Positions 13,901 to 29,548 of a DNA stretch of 64,000 bases are shown here, one piece after another. Numbering within the stretch: the first letter of the stretch is position 1; each line of letters begins with the position of its first letter. Both the position numbers and the translations under genes were made by a program. The DNA is from Chrysomallon squamiferum (Eukaryota > Animalia > Mollusca): contig CM022665.1 in assembly GCA_012295275.1 (NCBI GenBank), positions 13,578,001 to 13,642,000 on the forward strand. The letters run 5' to 3'. Under the pieces are notes generated by a model. The model was not told the origin of the DNA. It searched no databases and saw nothing but the letters and a program-made list of their open reading frames with translations.

Positions 13901-15734
13901 AATTCATAGGAATATTTCAAATCAATAATCTTATTAATAGAAAAACATACACATATACACACACACACACACAAAAATATAACAAATAAAAATAATGTCA
14001 AAATATTTGAGTAATACCAATGTTAATATGAAAAAAAAGTAAAAATGTAAAAAACCTTCATGTATTATATACAACACATCGGTTAGGGTGGCTGCTGATG
14101 AGATCCCTATTCATTTACATTCTTGTGTTGGTGTGTTTGTAAATAGGCTTGCCTATCAATGCAATATATTGAGGTGCTGACTGATTGACCAGCAACAAAC
14201 TGTAAACTAGGAAGCCATCATTCACTTGTGTCTGCAATCATCTGGCACAGACGACTATAAATAGCACTCACTTTGTGTTTTCAAACAGTCTGAAGTTACA
14301 GCTGATTGAGAAGGATGTCATTTCACTTTGCAAGGAGTTTAATTCAATCCCTTTTTTCTGAATTTAAAAAATAAAAATGTATGTGTATAGGTTGTATTAA
14401 AGCTAGCATAACTAACAAACATGTCCCTATTTGATTAAAAAAAAAAAAAAAAAAATAATATAAGGGATTCATCAGTGAATATTAAGTCAAGCTGACTTTT
14501 CAAGTTTATTTCAAATGTTTATTATTTGCTGATGCTTTGTATCTTTAAAATTTAATTTATCTTTGCTTTCTTTGGAAAGGGTTCTATGGTTTGAAGTTAT
14601 GACCTTACTCCAGGATTCATAATTTGGTCCTTGCCAAATACACTTCGGTGACTAATGCATTGATCTCCCTGTATTTTTAAAAAACAAAAACTTCACACTC
14701 TTGCCATCATCTAGCAATAAATAGAAAACAAAAGCACTGCATCACAAGTTAGTACTTCTGTGCATTTGTACAACAAAAAAAGGGTTTTAGGGTTTTTTTT
14801 GTTTGTTTTTTCTTAAATTGTTTTTAATTTGTGAGAATGTGTGTACAGCTGGGTGGATTTTCCCCCAGGAAGCTGTTCTCCAAATTTTGTAATATTGTGG
14901 TATCATTATGATATCTTATAGAACAAAAACTGACTGAGAATGATAATATAATTATGGCATTGTTTTCAGATTTTTTCCATAGGATTATTTATTTGTTTGA
15001 AAAAAATATTTTTGTATCTGAAAGAATGTGTACAACAACAGGAGGAATGGAAACATAGCCTGGTGTAAAACTATGTGAATGGAAGAATGAAATGAACTTG
15101 ACTCTCTGCCTTTTTGCAGGGCCTGTAGCTTAATGTGTAAGAGTTCAGATAGTTTACATATGTTTATTTTTACACTGTTAAAAACACACGAAAACCAAAC
15201 GATTACACCAGAAACTTTCTGCCAAAAACCTGATGAGCGTGTCTAATTGGTGATTTGAAATGTTCATCTTCTGTCAGAAAGAAAAAATAAAAGTGTGAAT
15301 TATTGTTAGTTTGCAACTTGCAATGGACCAATAAAGTTGGAGAAGAGCTTTTGAATGCTGACAATGGCTTATATTGGGCAACATTAACAACATTGTAATG
15401 TTGTTTGGCTTAACCTGTTAATTTATGTGTACATGCAAAATAGATAGCACAGACAAACAGTTAGTTTAAATCAGTCAAGGTCTTGCTTGTTTGTAAACAT
15501 CAAAATATGTTTTTTTATTATTATTATTATAAGCTTTAATCTTTATATTATTTACTTAGGGGATGTATGTTTTTATTGATTTATAACACGCCAATGTAGA
15601 CTAGGAAGACTATGTTTTTAAATTGTTATACATCATGATATCAAAATATACTAATACAAAAAGAGGTTTTTTTTTTTATTTGTTGAGATTTTTTTAAATG
15701 TTTGACTATAAAATGTTTTTAATATGTGTGTATG

Positions 15735-15774
<40 letters not shown>

Positions 15775-16633
15775 TTATAAAGTATTGTTTTTTAAAAAGT
15801 ATATATATTTTAAAGAAGCAAAGAACAACATTATTGTCATATAAGTACAAGTTGAGATAAAATTGGTTTAAATTGATTTTTGCATTGCTAAAAGTTTTTA
15901 AATCTAATTTGGAAATTTGAGATGCAGAAGGCATCAGGAGACATATTTAAGAACAAGTATCCTAATTAATATTTAAGTACAGCATACTTGCCAGATTAAA
16001 TCTATGATGCAACAGACCAGATAACATAAATTAGGATTTGTTTAATAGAAGGTAAGAAAAGGTGAAAGAAATTGCATCCAGCTATAAAGTGTATTAAAAA
16101 CATGTGCATGCCATGTTTTAATGACAAACTCCCATTTAACTGAATAGCCTTTAAAAAACAAATGTATCCAACAATATTAAAATATGGTGAAAGTTAAATA
16201 AAAGTTTGCATTTTTAAAAATGTGTGTTAATAAAACAACAACAAAAATTAATACAAAAATATATAAAATATTCTCTTGATACTGTTTTTAAAACAGTGAT
16301 GCAGATTTCTGAAAAAGCGTGCTACAAATATTAAAGATGTGTACAGATTTAATTTTTTTTTATTATTATGTAGGCACACTGATAAAAAAACAGATTAAAT
16401 GTTAACCCAGCCCCAAAAATCAAACATGTTCTTTAAAATAAAAAAAATCTGTGTATTTAATAGTATACAACATAGCTACACTAGCATTTATATTTTGTAA
16501 TTCATTTTATATAAATTAAAAAATTAAAAAAATGTGTTGTAAAACTGGACTCATTATTCTGAATTAAATATATTGCCAAAAACAGTAGCTTTATTTTTTT
16601 AATAAAGTAATTCCTATTTATTTCTGGTTTCAG

Positions 16634-16936
16634 TGTTTTTCACATGCCATGCTCAGGACACATTTTACTTCAGTACAAAACCAACAGACATGGATGTTGT
16701 GGCTGGAACAGAGACAAAGTTGCGATGTGATGTTTCCAATCGACGACATATCATCTTCCAGTGGGTGATACATGGCAAACCTGTGCAAAACACAACACGC
16801 AGGTTTCAGGAGGACAGTAACTTAAGGATTTTACGCGTGTCCCGGGATGAAGACCAAGGGGCATTTCAGTGCGTTGCAACCAATGTAACCACTGGATTTT
16901 CTCTTCAGAGTTTTGAAGCAAGACTGAATATACAAT
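16634..16936 (+). CDS. PTK7: PTK7/Off-track homolog, coding exon 2 (end of signal peptide and Ig-like domain 1)
   Basis: Acceptor tttctggtttcAG (16632-16633) and donor T|GTAAGT (16937). Translation ...TKLRCDVS...FQWVIHGKPVQNTTRRFQEDSNLRILRVSRDEDQGAFQCVATNVTTGFSLQSFEARLNIQ has the Ig C/W/DxGxFxC pattern and resembles, from recall, vertebrate PTK7 Ig1 (VQDTERRF...QDSGTFQCVA...VTG...NIKW). Phase 1 at both ends. Confidence 0.92.
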
Positions 16937-18973
16937 GTAAGTTAAAAATTTTATTTTTTATTTTTTTAAATACAATTCAAAATAAGGTAAGAATTTGAAA
17001 TCCAAAAAACAAATGAATACAGCAAAATGATAGTAAATATTTAATTCCACTTGCCTGTTGCAGTGCCTTACAGTTTTATTAATAAAATGATATATTAGTA
17101 ACAATGAACTGTGCTTATGATGATCACTTGCAGATTCATTCTAAGATTGTAAGAAGAATTTACAATGAATTTCCAAAACATGTCATATGTATTAAGAAAT
17201 TTCACAATATTACTCATCATATACAAGTGCCTGATAAACATGTAATGAAAAAGGATTAGCTGTTGCCAGTGAGAGGAAAGAGAAGAGATCTGGAAGGATA
17301 ATTTGTGGATTACTGTCACTTAGAAAACTGAAAGCTGTAATTATAGTATATTGGGTTACTCTCCCAACAGCACTGTTTAAGTTGTTGTTTTCCACATATC
17401 CTGTTTCAGAAATAACTGCAGTTTAAATATTATCTTGTGTAAAAATGCTCCATCCACATGCATTTCTTTGTATTTAGTTTTCATTTAATATTTTTAGATT
17501 TGGCTTTTTAATTTTTAAATTTTTACGCATTTCCAACTTTTGCTTTGGTTTAATGTTACGGTAATACTGAAAGATAATTTTTATGATGATGCTACTTGTA
17601 TATATGCTTTATTTGATCACTGACACTAGTGACAGTGAAAAATGGTGGTGTTTTGATACCTTGTTTTTCACCCATTGTCACTTTTAACTGGAATTACATC
17701 TTTGTTGGTGGTATGACTGATCTTATAGCAGAGTGTATTTCTCTGCATTTTAACAGATTCCAACTCACTTTTTTTTCTTATAGAGAAAAGAAAAACACTG
17801 ATATTTTATTTTGTATACATTGGAAACTTATTAGTCACATTCATAAAGTGTCTGCTTAATTCTTTAATAATTCTTTTTCTGATATTCACTTTTTCTTAGC
17901 ATTAAATAACAAATAGGTCATAAAGGAACAAGTCAGTCATGTAGTCATCAGTACATTTTTCCAAAAAAATTCTGACTAATTAAAAAAAAAAATGTGAGTA
18001 ATTGTTTTTCATTTGGGTTTTTTTTCTGTTAAAAGCTGTCTTCAAAATGAAATTTTAAAGCCATTCATTAAGCAGAAGATGATTCTTCCACACTTCACCA
18101 TGCTAATGAAGCAAAGATATAAATGACTGCTTGCATAATGACATTTACAAGAATATATAATTACCAAATGTAGATCCTGTGCAGCTGTGTAATTGAATGA
18201 TGTTGTATTGTTGTGCATATTCCCTTAGAAACTTAATGTTGGTTTCTGCTAAACTTGGTTATACATTTGACTTCTGTAGACTTGGTTGGCATGAAAGACT
18301 GTGGTAAGTGTCAAACTACTAATGGCTGTGTTCCAATAGCATTGTAGTGTTTCTTCCCTTTTTTTTTTTTTGTTATTGACAAAACTGAAGGCAGATTTAG
18401 CCGATTTATGGAGTAATTTGTGTTGCTGAGAGGTGTTATGAGTTGTAGTACTCCGGAACATCTGGTAGGAGCATAAGACAACTGGTTAGGTCTGTACAGT
18501 TCACATTATGGAGAAAGGAAGTTTTCTCTTCCAATCCTACAGATTTTCTTTTGATCTGGAAATGAGCTTTTTGTCATTTTAGCACAATTGTCATTGTTAA
18601 TGGTTTGTTATGGGTTTACACAATTCCCATCAAAGCAACAGTTTTGACAGGACTGTTATTGTTGACTTTGTTATATTTGGATTTGCTAGGCACTAATTTA
18701 ATACAACTTTCTTGATTGTTTTCTTTTTCTTCATGAACAAACAGTGCTTTCATGTGAATCCTGCTGACCATCCAGATGTTTTAAGGAAGTGTTAAGTGTA
18801 GAATATCTATATGCACTTGATGTTTCAGTAAGGCTGTGGAAAACAGTTTATAAATGTTTGTTTTTCCTGAGAAATAACAGTAACAAATTATGTTAGGATC
18901 TGTGCAGAAATGAATGTTTCATTATTTTCAAGTTAACATAAAATAGTTTCATATTCATTTCTACACAAACATG

Positions 18974-18975
<2 letters not shown>

Positions 18976-19013
<38 letters not shown>
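18976..19013. repeat. (TA)n microsatellite
   Basis: Perfect run. Confidence 0.95.
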
Positions 19014-19016
<3 letters not shown>

Positions 19017-21584
19017 TTATATGCTTTCAAGAATGTAAGCCATGGGTTTGATTTTATTTCTTAGAACAGTTAGCATATTAAATTATTTGCTAATACCAAG
19101 TATTTTTTTAGACATTTTTTTCTGCCAATTACATGCCATTTAAAAAAAAAAAAAATTATGGTTTTCTTTTGAAAGTTTATTTTTAAAAAATGCTGTAGTT
19201 TTAAGAATATTATTTCATAATGCATTTAAAATTAACAGCATAACAATTAGGCAGTGCTTTGTAACCATCTACATCATTAATATATGCATGTGTATGTATA
19301 TATATATATATACTTGTGTATGTGTGGTTGTAGAAATGATTATTTGGTTCAAATTCTTAAAGATTGATACAGAATTAATCTTTATATTTTTAATCTTTTT
19401 TTAAATATGCTACAGTATCATTAATCGTTCATTCATTTAGTTATTCTTTATGAATTTTTTTTTTTCTGTTGCACAAAAAACTACTTTTATTTTGTCCTTG
19501 TTGTGATATATATTCTTGACACACTGATAAGTTACTACCTGGATAACCAAGCATTTAGATGTCATCTTTACTGCTCCTTCCTACCTCCATGTTTTCAACA
19601 TGCAATTTATTTTCATAATGTTTTGAGGTTATAACACTATTTTCCCTTGTATATTTTGTAAATTATTGTATTCTTATTTAAATTGCAGTAACATATACTA
19701 TGTCATTTTTATGAAGAAGACATTCTAAGAAAAGTATTAAATTTTATGGTTGGATATAAATGGCCATAAGATTCATTTTCAAGATGCATGAACTTGTATC
19801 CATACAACATCTCAAAAATATGTCATAGGTTTTCACTTATTAGCTATATTTAATTACTTTAAGGACTTGTTAAGATTACCATCCTTTGTACAATATTGGT
19901 TTTACTATGTAAACTTAATTATAAGTGTCAAGTGTCAACATGAACACAATAATGGCCCCACAGCTTAAATGACTAGTGGCTGTGTGGTGTTTTTTTTTTT
20001 TTTTTTCTCAGTAAAAATGAGCAACAAATGTAGATCATTGGTGCATTCCTTTGGCCCACAGGTGAGGTCTCTTTTCTGCAAGAAATCTGTTTGGTGTTTT
20101 TATGTAATCAGTAAATATTGTTTGATTGCCAGAGGGCTTGTGTTTTGTTCACTTTGTTATGAAGGTTGGTTAAATGAACTTGGCTTTGTTGTTGCATCTA
20201 ATTCAATGGAAAAATGGGAGAGAAAAAAAGATGTATTGGTCTTAATACCAAAGCCAAACAAACTGTGCCTTGTGGTAATGTCACGGTGTTCATGATTCTG
20301 TCAGACCTCCTTGAAGTAGATCAGCAGCCATTGTTTGTTTGAAACTTTCTGTTTACATCAGCCAGTGTATTGTTAGTAAAAGTGTGCTCCACCATGACTT
20401 CATCTCTACCAAAACAACTGTGTGTACCTATTCAGAAATGAAGCTGGCATCCAGTAAATCTTCATAATGGCTTAATTTTTGTAATCTATAGCTCAGTCTG
20501 TTACTTAATAGGAGCTTGCCAGATCAGACTACCATTGTGTGATGTTTGTTTGTACCTCATACATAACAATTATATTTGATTTTATAACACTACAGTTATA
20601 TAATATGCCTTGAACTTTTAGGACACTTTATTGATATTTTGCAATAACAGTTTAAAAAAACCAAGAACAATTTATAGTTTGTACATCATTTTATGTTTAT
20701 TATTTTTTGTATTATAGAACAGTATATAGCATAAAAAGTAAATATGTATGAAAACATAAAATAATGGAAGAAGTTCTGTAAATAAAAAGAATAATGAAAA
20801 TAATTGTCTGATATGGATAAGTAAACAAAAATATTTCAATCAGTTTCATCATTAAAATGTTTGATATTAATGGGCAGGAAATATTTAACTATAAACACAT
20901 TTTTACCTAGCTTTTCTTAATTATTCATCTTTAAAAAAATTAAAATATGTATGTTAATATTGCAAACTGGGAAACATATCTAAGTTTTTGCTTTAGGCAT
21001 AAAATAGCTAACACATTTCTAACTTTGAATGTTATTTGCCCACAAGCATCATTTAAATATTTTTATATATATGCTCAATATAACCCATATAATCCTTTTT
21101 AAGAAGAAAAGTATAAATGCTAATTTATGTCTCCATCTTAAGGCAATAAATAAAAATAATCTACTGAGGGAGATGAAAAAGAAAAAATTAAAAGGTATTT
21201 AATTTTGAATGTTCAACCTCTGTTTCTTGTTTTAGTAATTTTACCCTTAATTAATTTTGTTTAATTTATGAAATTGCACATGTACATGCACAAAATGAGT
21301 TGCAAGGAGTGCCAGCTGCTGATACCATATGCCTCAGTATGTTTTTGCAACAAATTTTTATCATTGATGACATTTTAATATTAAATAAAACTGAAGTGCT
21401 CTGTTCTTTGTCATAATACTTAAATATAGATAATTATCTGGTTCTGCTCATTTCCTGCATGGAAAATGTTGAGTGAAATGTACTTGCTGATCTTGTTGCA
21501 GTTTCTTTATCAAATTCCAAGAAAGCATGCAATATATCACTCACTTATACTGTTCTTATGTTTGTTTACATAACAAGTATGAAT

Positions 21585-21586
<2 letters not shown>

Positions 21587-21621
<35 letters not shown>
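21587..21621. repeat. (AC)n microsatellite
   Basis: Perfect run. Confidence 0.95.
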
Positions 21622-21625
<4 letters not shown>

Positions 21626-22349
21626 TGCATGGTAATATGGATAAAACCAAATACTTTTGAAAATTTCACCTACTTGAAAATATAGAAAGTAAATATAGAT
21701 AAATTTAAAGTTCTTTTAACTGTACCATCTAACTAAATTTAGAGGTGAACAAAAAGACATTTAATATGTGGAAATGTTACTGCTCTGTTACAGCGTCGTC
21801 AAATATGAATTTTCATTGGTGGGTAAACTTCCATGGTCTGTAGGTGTTAGGTATCCTGTTATTTCTCATCACTGTGAATGAAAACTCAGACTGTGTGTTT
21901 GATCTTCACCTGTAAATAGAATTATGGTGCAGTGAAAGGTAAAATGGCTGTCACATTCACAGCAAAGAGCTGTTTTATATTGAAGAAGTGACAGTGTGAT
22001 TTATTGCAGAATGATATGCTTTGTAGCCAAAGGCAAATCTCTCAGCCATGGTATATATGAATAGTCTACTTTATTTAGCTGATAGTTGAAGTGATTGAGT
22101 GGTTATGATGGTGATAATCATGGCCTGAAATGTCCTTTTAAAAAAGCCAACAGACTTTTTGTGACAGGTAGTCATTTTTAAATCTTCATAGTTATTTGTC
22201 AAGCCTGCCAATTATTGAAAGCATTTATTGTTCAAAGTATGGTTTCCTTTGCATATAGTTTTTTTCTTTTTTTACAGTCTCAGAAAATACTTACCTTGAA
22301 TACAGGGAGGAAATCTTGAATCTTTAATATTTCACTGTATTGTTACATT

Positions 22350-22350
<1 letters not shown>

Positions 22351-22398
<48 letters not shown>

Positions 22399-22419
22399 AC
22401 AAACACACACACACACACA
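22351..22419. repeat. (TAA)n followed by (AC)n microsatellite
   Basis: About 15 TAA units, then a short AC run. Confidence 0.95.
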
Positions 22420-25091
22420 TATCTGGAATCTGAAATGACAATTGTTTACCATTTAAAAGTACACAAGTAAACCTTTGAATTGATTTTTAGTTTGAAATAA
22501 TTAATATTTTATTAATTACATAGTTAATGCGCATTAAATAATTATATAAATGATATTTGACATTAACCTCTCTACATTAATTATTAAAAATATTATAATA
22601 AATAAAGAAAAAAAATCTAATGAACCAATAAATCAATATAATAAAATATAGCCTCTTGATTTTTTTGTTTTACTTTCACCAGAAATCTGTTGTACATAAC
22701 AGATGTGTACATACAGTTCCAGGTTGTTTTACTGATCAAAAACTAAGTAAAAAGTCCTGTAATTCTCTACCACAGGTTTCTTGATAACTGATGAATCAAA
22801 CTCGGATTCTAACTAGATATTCCGCTCTTCTTTGAACTTGGCCAACACTCTCTAATAGTGGAGTATGTGCCAAAAAGTTTATTTAAATTTGGCCAGGCTG
22901 ATTTTAATAGACTCAGCAAGTTGTAAATTTTGTGCCTGTTTCTGGTTACTTTCTTCAATTAATAACACTTTAACAGCCAAATGTCATTTCAAGAGCCATT
23001 AATGTTTATGAAAAACAGGTTTCTTCCTTGCTGTAAAACACTTCAGTCATCACTTTAATAATGTGATACATATAACTAAATAAAATTAACTTTTGTTTTA
23101 TTGCAACAAAATAAAAAATACAGTTTTGTAGGGGATTTCTTTTGAATTTTTTCTTTCTTTCTTTTTAAATTACATTTAAAATTCAAAATATATTTTGCCA
23201 ATGTACAAATGTACAAATGCTAAGTCAATTTGATTTGAAAATGAATATATTTGGATTGTTTAAGTCATCTACATAGCAAAATTCATAATTTGAAGATGTG
23301 TGCAGTAAAATGTGGTAGCTTCAGATCACAATATCCAACATTTTACATTTTGTTCAGTGTATTTTTTCCCCTGAATAATGAAGATACAAAACATCGGTAT
23401 AACAGTATCACATAAAATCACTGTTTTGAAAAATGTACATGAAATTGTTTTGAAATGTGAAAAAGGTAAAATCTATCCAGTATGAAATAATGGGGAAACA
23501 AAAACAGTGAATTGTTTCTCTTCTAACTGCTGCAATCATTCATTTTTCTTTTAACACCTAATTGTTGCTGATCTAGCATTTTTCTTTTGAAATGCAGTTG
23601 TGGAGGTAGGAAAGATGCTGGTAACATTGTTGCACTGGTGTTTGGAGATAGCTGTACATGATGCACTCAGATTGTTAAAGGAGTCTTATTTTTCTGTATA
23701 ACCTGCTCTGCTTTTCAAGGTTGTTTTGTGATGTGTGGAAGAGAAAGTTGCACTGTCCATACCACTATATGTCATCACCTTTCCATTAGCACTGCACTCA
23801 TGCTTTCCTGTTCAAAGTCTCAAAATATATCTTTTGATCTAAGATATTTGTAAAGGTACTTGAGTTTATTTACACTGCTACCTTGTAGGAAAAGTCTACA
23901 AACAGACTGATAGCAGGGAAACTTACATGGTCATTGCTACAACACCTGGGTGAGGAGTTCAAGTCTTGTTATATGCATGATTGACCAGTATTTTCATGCC
24001 TGTTGTGTAATATCTAATAAATGGGAAACTTTAAAAAAATATTTTTTTATTCTTAATACTAATTGTTTTCTGTACATCTTGTAAAGCAAAAGATGAAATT
24101 GTCAATAAAATGTAACATTATATAAAAACCACAGTTTATTACCATGCAGCTGGTTTTAAATGTTGTAATGAGTTAAAGAATAAATTTGTCTAAATCAGAG
24201 AAATTGTACAGTATACCAATTTATTATTATTTATATTTTAATGCAAATATATAAACACATTTTTGTAAGTTTATATGTCAGTTTTACAATAGTTGTATAT
24301 TATGTATAAATGAATAATAAAATATATGGGCTTTTATAAACTGAACTTTTTGATATGTAAGAAATGTGATTGTTGTTATCTTGAAATGAATATCATTGTT
24401 AAAGTCAAATATTTTCTAACTTCAGGAGCTAAACTTTCAACGTGGTAAAAAGATTAATTTGAATTAATGTTTACTGAAATAACAGTGGTAAAGTATTAAA
24501 GCTGATATGGGATTTATCATAAACACAAAATATTGCATGTACATGTAAACACTTCAAGATCAAGATTGTGTAATTGAAAGGAGTTATCTTAACTAAAGCT
24601 TTTTGCTGACAGCAATAGTTTTGTTATCTGATTTATATTCCTTTTTTTTTCTTCTTGTTTTTCAAAAGTTCAGTAAAATATATATACTGCCCTCATTTGT
24701 CTTAAAGCATTTGGGTTGCAGGAGATATAATTTAAATTTAATTAACCTTTTTGAGGATATTACATTTGTTTAATATTGGAGACCTCTGATTTTGAGTAAC
24801 CATCCTTATTTTTTGTACATCCTATGCATATTTTCTTAATTCATTTAAGAAAACAACCTGACAAAGCTTTACTTAAAATTCATAGGGAAAATGTGGGTTT
24901 TTTTCAGGAAAACCTGATGAAATTTAAATTATTTATTAAAAGTTAAACAATGATTTATTTTGATACTGTGATTCATAGTTCTAGTTTAAATTTACTCTTT
25001 TTGTTTTCTCTTCTAATTTTGCATTTGTAAAAGGCTGTCATGTGACAGTTATAGTTGATATAGACAGACAGATAGATAGATATATAGACAG

Positions 25092-25095
<4 letters not shown>

Positions 25096-25138
<43 letters not shown>
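25096..25138. repeat. (AC)n microsatellite
   Basis: Perfect run preceded by GATA/GACA units. Confidence 0.95.
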
Positions 25139-25139
<1 letters not shown>

Positions 25140-26155
25140 TATTTCTAGAAAGATTGTACTAATTAAGGTGAAAGAAAAACATTTTATACGATAATGCTTT
25201 CTGATGTTTCTTTTCAAGTTGGTCAGTTTAGTTCAGTGCCTGTCCAGATACACCATTCCACTTCGATTTTAGTGCATTTTCCTTTCACTTACATGTAAAA
25301 TTACATGACTTGAAAGACAGAACTTAATACATATTTATGAAGTAGTGTGTAAGACACAATTAGAAGCACTTTGTGACTTGTTTTTCAAAAAATGGTTATA
25401 TTTTCCTTCTTTTTTTTTTTTTTTTTTTTTTTTTTCCTGCTGCAGACTTTTTTTTTAATTGTGACAAGTACTGAACCCCGTCTGTTTTTGGAGGTGCTGA
25501 AGTGTTATATGTACACAGATGATTTACATATATTTTTGAAACATGGTGAAAGTGAATTTTGCATGAAATGCTTTATATACAGGTATATCAGAGAGATTCT
25601 TTTATCAAGTTCTAATTATTTTTAAAGAGCAACAATCAATGCATGTTTTAAAATTGTGTGAAAAGAAATTATATACAAATAGATTAATGCTGACTGCTTA
25701 GTTAGTTTTTAAAGGACACAAGTTTGTCTGTGTGACACATCTTATTTGTCTGTATGTTAGAATGGTGCTTCATTTGATGGAGAATTGAAGAAAATGTTAC
25801 TTCCTTATCAGTTTGAGCCAGAATGTGACAAAAGATCCATCAATCCAAATAGTTATTTATTCTATAGAAGACTTGAATGAAAATAACCCAGATGATTAAA
25901 AGCTACTCACAAACATTGATAGCTGGTACGGCAAATTCATAACTGATCTTAGATACAGAGATGTTACCAAATAATTAATATTTTTTTATGGGTAAGATTT
26001 GAATAGAAAATATTCCTCTCAGCACATTTTTAACAGTATTATTGTTTACATTTATACCTTGTCTACATTAATTGCCCATAAATCAGTAGGTCCCATCTAT
26101 TCTGAGGATTATTTTTTTCAGACACAACACAATGGATTATATGACAGTTACATGA

Positions 26156-26190
<35 letters not shown>

Positions 26191-29100
26191 TATTTTTTAA
26201 TTGTGTGGTTATCAAATTGCTTCTATGATTGCTGAATTGTCCAGTCATCTGGAAACTGATGTAGTGTTTTAACACCTTTTATGGTCTTTTTGGTGAGACC
26301 CTTATACAGTGTTGTTTACCACCATTGCACATTTAAAACAGATACTGCTGAAGAAAAAATAAAATCAGTGCCTTCCTGTATACCATTATTTGGTGTATGA
26401 ATCAAAAATGTTAGATGTCACTCTCTGTGACCATAGTTAAAGGCTTTGCATTGAACTTGTGTAATGTCATGCCTTGATTCTTAACCATGTTTTCTTAATT
26501 TTTCAAAAGAGGCAAAAAGTATGATCAATTATTGTGAATGTAATAAAAACTGTCTATCATGTCATGAAACTGTGTAGGCTTCATCTACATTATAAATGTG
26601 ATATGAATGTACCAAGCAATAGCAAATTTTTTACTTTTTATTTTTTAAAATTCAAAAATGGAAATAATAATGTCATTTTCAGCTGTCTTAGAATTTCTCA
26701 AATGTATAACATTCTGCCAACCTGTCCATCTGTCCATTCATTTATCCACGCAAGGCATATCATGTTTTTTCATGTTTTTATTTTTCACTACCTTATAAAT
26801 GCACTGTTCATGGTTTCTGCTGCCTTCTTTTCTTTTCCTTTTTCTTTTGAAGTGGGTAATCATTCATGAAGATTGACTTGTTGTCAAAAACTGCACATCT
26901 TGCATTTAATATGGCATCTTTAACCTACTTGTATTACATTACTTATTACATGTAACCTTGGTATTTTTTTAAAAAAAAGCTTCTTAAATTTTATAAATAA
27001 TAACGAAATGTCTGATACACATCTGTTGAGTGGGTTTCATTTTCTTGAAGATTTAATTTTTATATATTATATAAAAAGCTTTAAAAATGCTAAAACAACA
27101 AAAGAAGTCTTCATTAGTAAAGAAATTATAACATTGTAAGTTGCATGCATAAAATTTGTGATTCCCACAAACATGAAGCACATGCATTAACACTTTCCAG
27201 ATCATTAAAAACAAAAAAGGCTATAGTTAATATCAGCTTTTTAATTTCAAAACATTTCATGTGAATTTGGAGCTGCCAAGTACCTCTTCACTCCTCTCAA
27301 CAGGAACTGTAAATGTGATCTTGTCCTGTCTGTTTCTATTTACCAAGATCACAGGACTGTGAATACATTTTATGCATTCAGCTCCAGTAGGGAGGCACTT
27401 GGAGAATATTGGCCATCCAGCAGTTACAAGAAAGCAGGAGATCAAAGAATCTGTTTTAACTTCTGATTACTTAAAACATGTCCTTATAAAATAATAGAAA
27501 TACTTGCATCTTTATCACTAAGGTACCATCAGAGATAGATAAACATAAGACTTCCTTTTCATTTCTGAAGCAATATACAAGTATGTAGAACTTTTTTTTT
27601 CTGTCTCTCTGCTAATATTTGTTTGTGGAAATACTTGTGTATGGCATATAGTTAGGAAATTTCATTAAGTTATTAGAGAATGTGAGATGTATCGAGAAGA
27701 ATGTTCAGGAGTCAGATCAGCAAAAATATATTCATTGATTTTATGATTTCTGTTGAAGGCCAATTTATAGACCCTGAGGCAGGTTCAGCATATTCCCTTT
27801 GATTGAACCATTGCTTAAAGTATGAATGTACTGTAATATATCAATTTGACAGAAATATTGCCTACAGCAGACAGTGAAAAAAAATGAAGTTTAAAAAAAA
27901 AAAAAAGCAGTTAAAAATATTGGTTCATATATAACTTATTTTAAAACCTGTATGACAAACAGATACGTCGATGAGGTTTAAGTAATCAAGGAAAAGAACA
28001 CAAGTTTTAAATTTTAATTCAGATGCTGATGTTTTTTATTACTATTATTATTATTATTATTATTATTATTTTAGAGGTCAAAATAAGCATCTCAAATCTT
28101 TATTTTAATTAAATTTAAAATATAACATCAAATCAGTGAAAACTACTTTGATCTACAGCATTTATATTTTATCATTCTGCTACTAAACATGTTAAGACAA
28201 AACAAAGCTTTTATTTTTAGTGTACATACTGTTGAATTCCTACTGATAACATTTCAAAATCCCATAATCAAATTGCACATGATTATAATTATTTCCTGCT
28301 TCATTATTGGCTGGACTAGCTTAACCAGAGTAAATAATGGATTGATTTGTATGATCACTCTTACTTTGAGTTTAAAAGGCTGCCTGTCCTATGCACTTTC
28401 ATATGACAAACTTCTTAATGTCCATGAATATTAATATGTATATATATATATGTGCACACAAAATATCTCTTAACTGATAAACGATAGTGAAGGATGCTAT
28501 AAAACATTCATAAACAGATACATGTCTTGATAGGACAATAACTACCTTTTACAAATTAATTTTGATACACTTGTCATGTAAGGGGAGTAACATAAACACT
28601 AAATTGGGAACAGATGATTTTGTTATAATGATAACACACAGACAGTGACAGTTTGATTACACTATCAGGTTCCTCACCAGTGACTTGAGTTTTATAATTT
28701 TGACAAATGGAATAGGATTTTCTTTTCTTTTTTAAATTTAGAAGTTGCTGAATATAAAACATACTTCAGTAAGATATATTTTGTATTTCTCTTGAAATAC
28801 TACACTACAGTTTTACATTTCCTTTAGTTAATGGAAGGAGTTGGTTGAAAATTAAGTTGTTCAGTTTGAGTCACAGGCAAGGTTAAGCTTACTTGTAATT
28901 TGTTCTTCAACAATAACATACATTAATGCTGAAAACCCAGTAGATGGCACAACCAACCAATTTTTTTTTTTTTCTTCTTCTGTAGTTTAATAATTTTCTG
29001 CTTGAATAGGCTTAAGGATATAATAACGCCAGGAGCTATATTTGAACTTTGACCACACTGACGGTGAAGGGAAAAAGAGATGATTATTTGGTATCCCATG

Positions 29101-29513
29101 TATTGCACCAGAGGCTCTAGGATACTGTCTATGAATCTGATGAGTTTGTGTCAAGAAATGCTTGCATTTATTTTTCTGCTGTTGAGAATGTGGGTCTCCT
29201 GCTGGGTCTCTAATATACTGTTTTGTCAGAGTGGTAAATGACACCACCTACTCATAGGGGGAATCAGTGGAAACTGTTGCTTTGTAAGATCAGGGAAGCT
29301 TAACAGTTAACAGAAAAAAGAACCTAAGTTGTAACACAAGTAATGAAGGAAACAAAGGGAATAATTATTCACTGATATACCAGAAAGGTAGTTTAATTAA
29401 AGGTGTATGGCATGATAATTTTGTTACATAGTGCCCTGAATTAAAGAGTAAATAAATATCCACTGCTACCACTAAACCAGTGGTTATTTTGGGTTTTTTT
29501 TGGTTTTGGTTTT

Positions 29514-29548
<35 letters not shown>

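Noticed and set aside
16094-16122. Short hairpins (TTAAAAACATG...CATGTTTTTAA; also ~22685 and ~54152)
   Set aside because: Arms of 8-11 bp are expected by chance in AT-rich DNA of this length.
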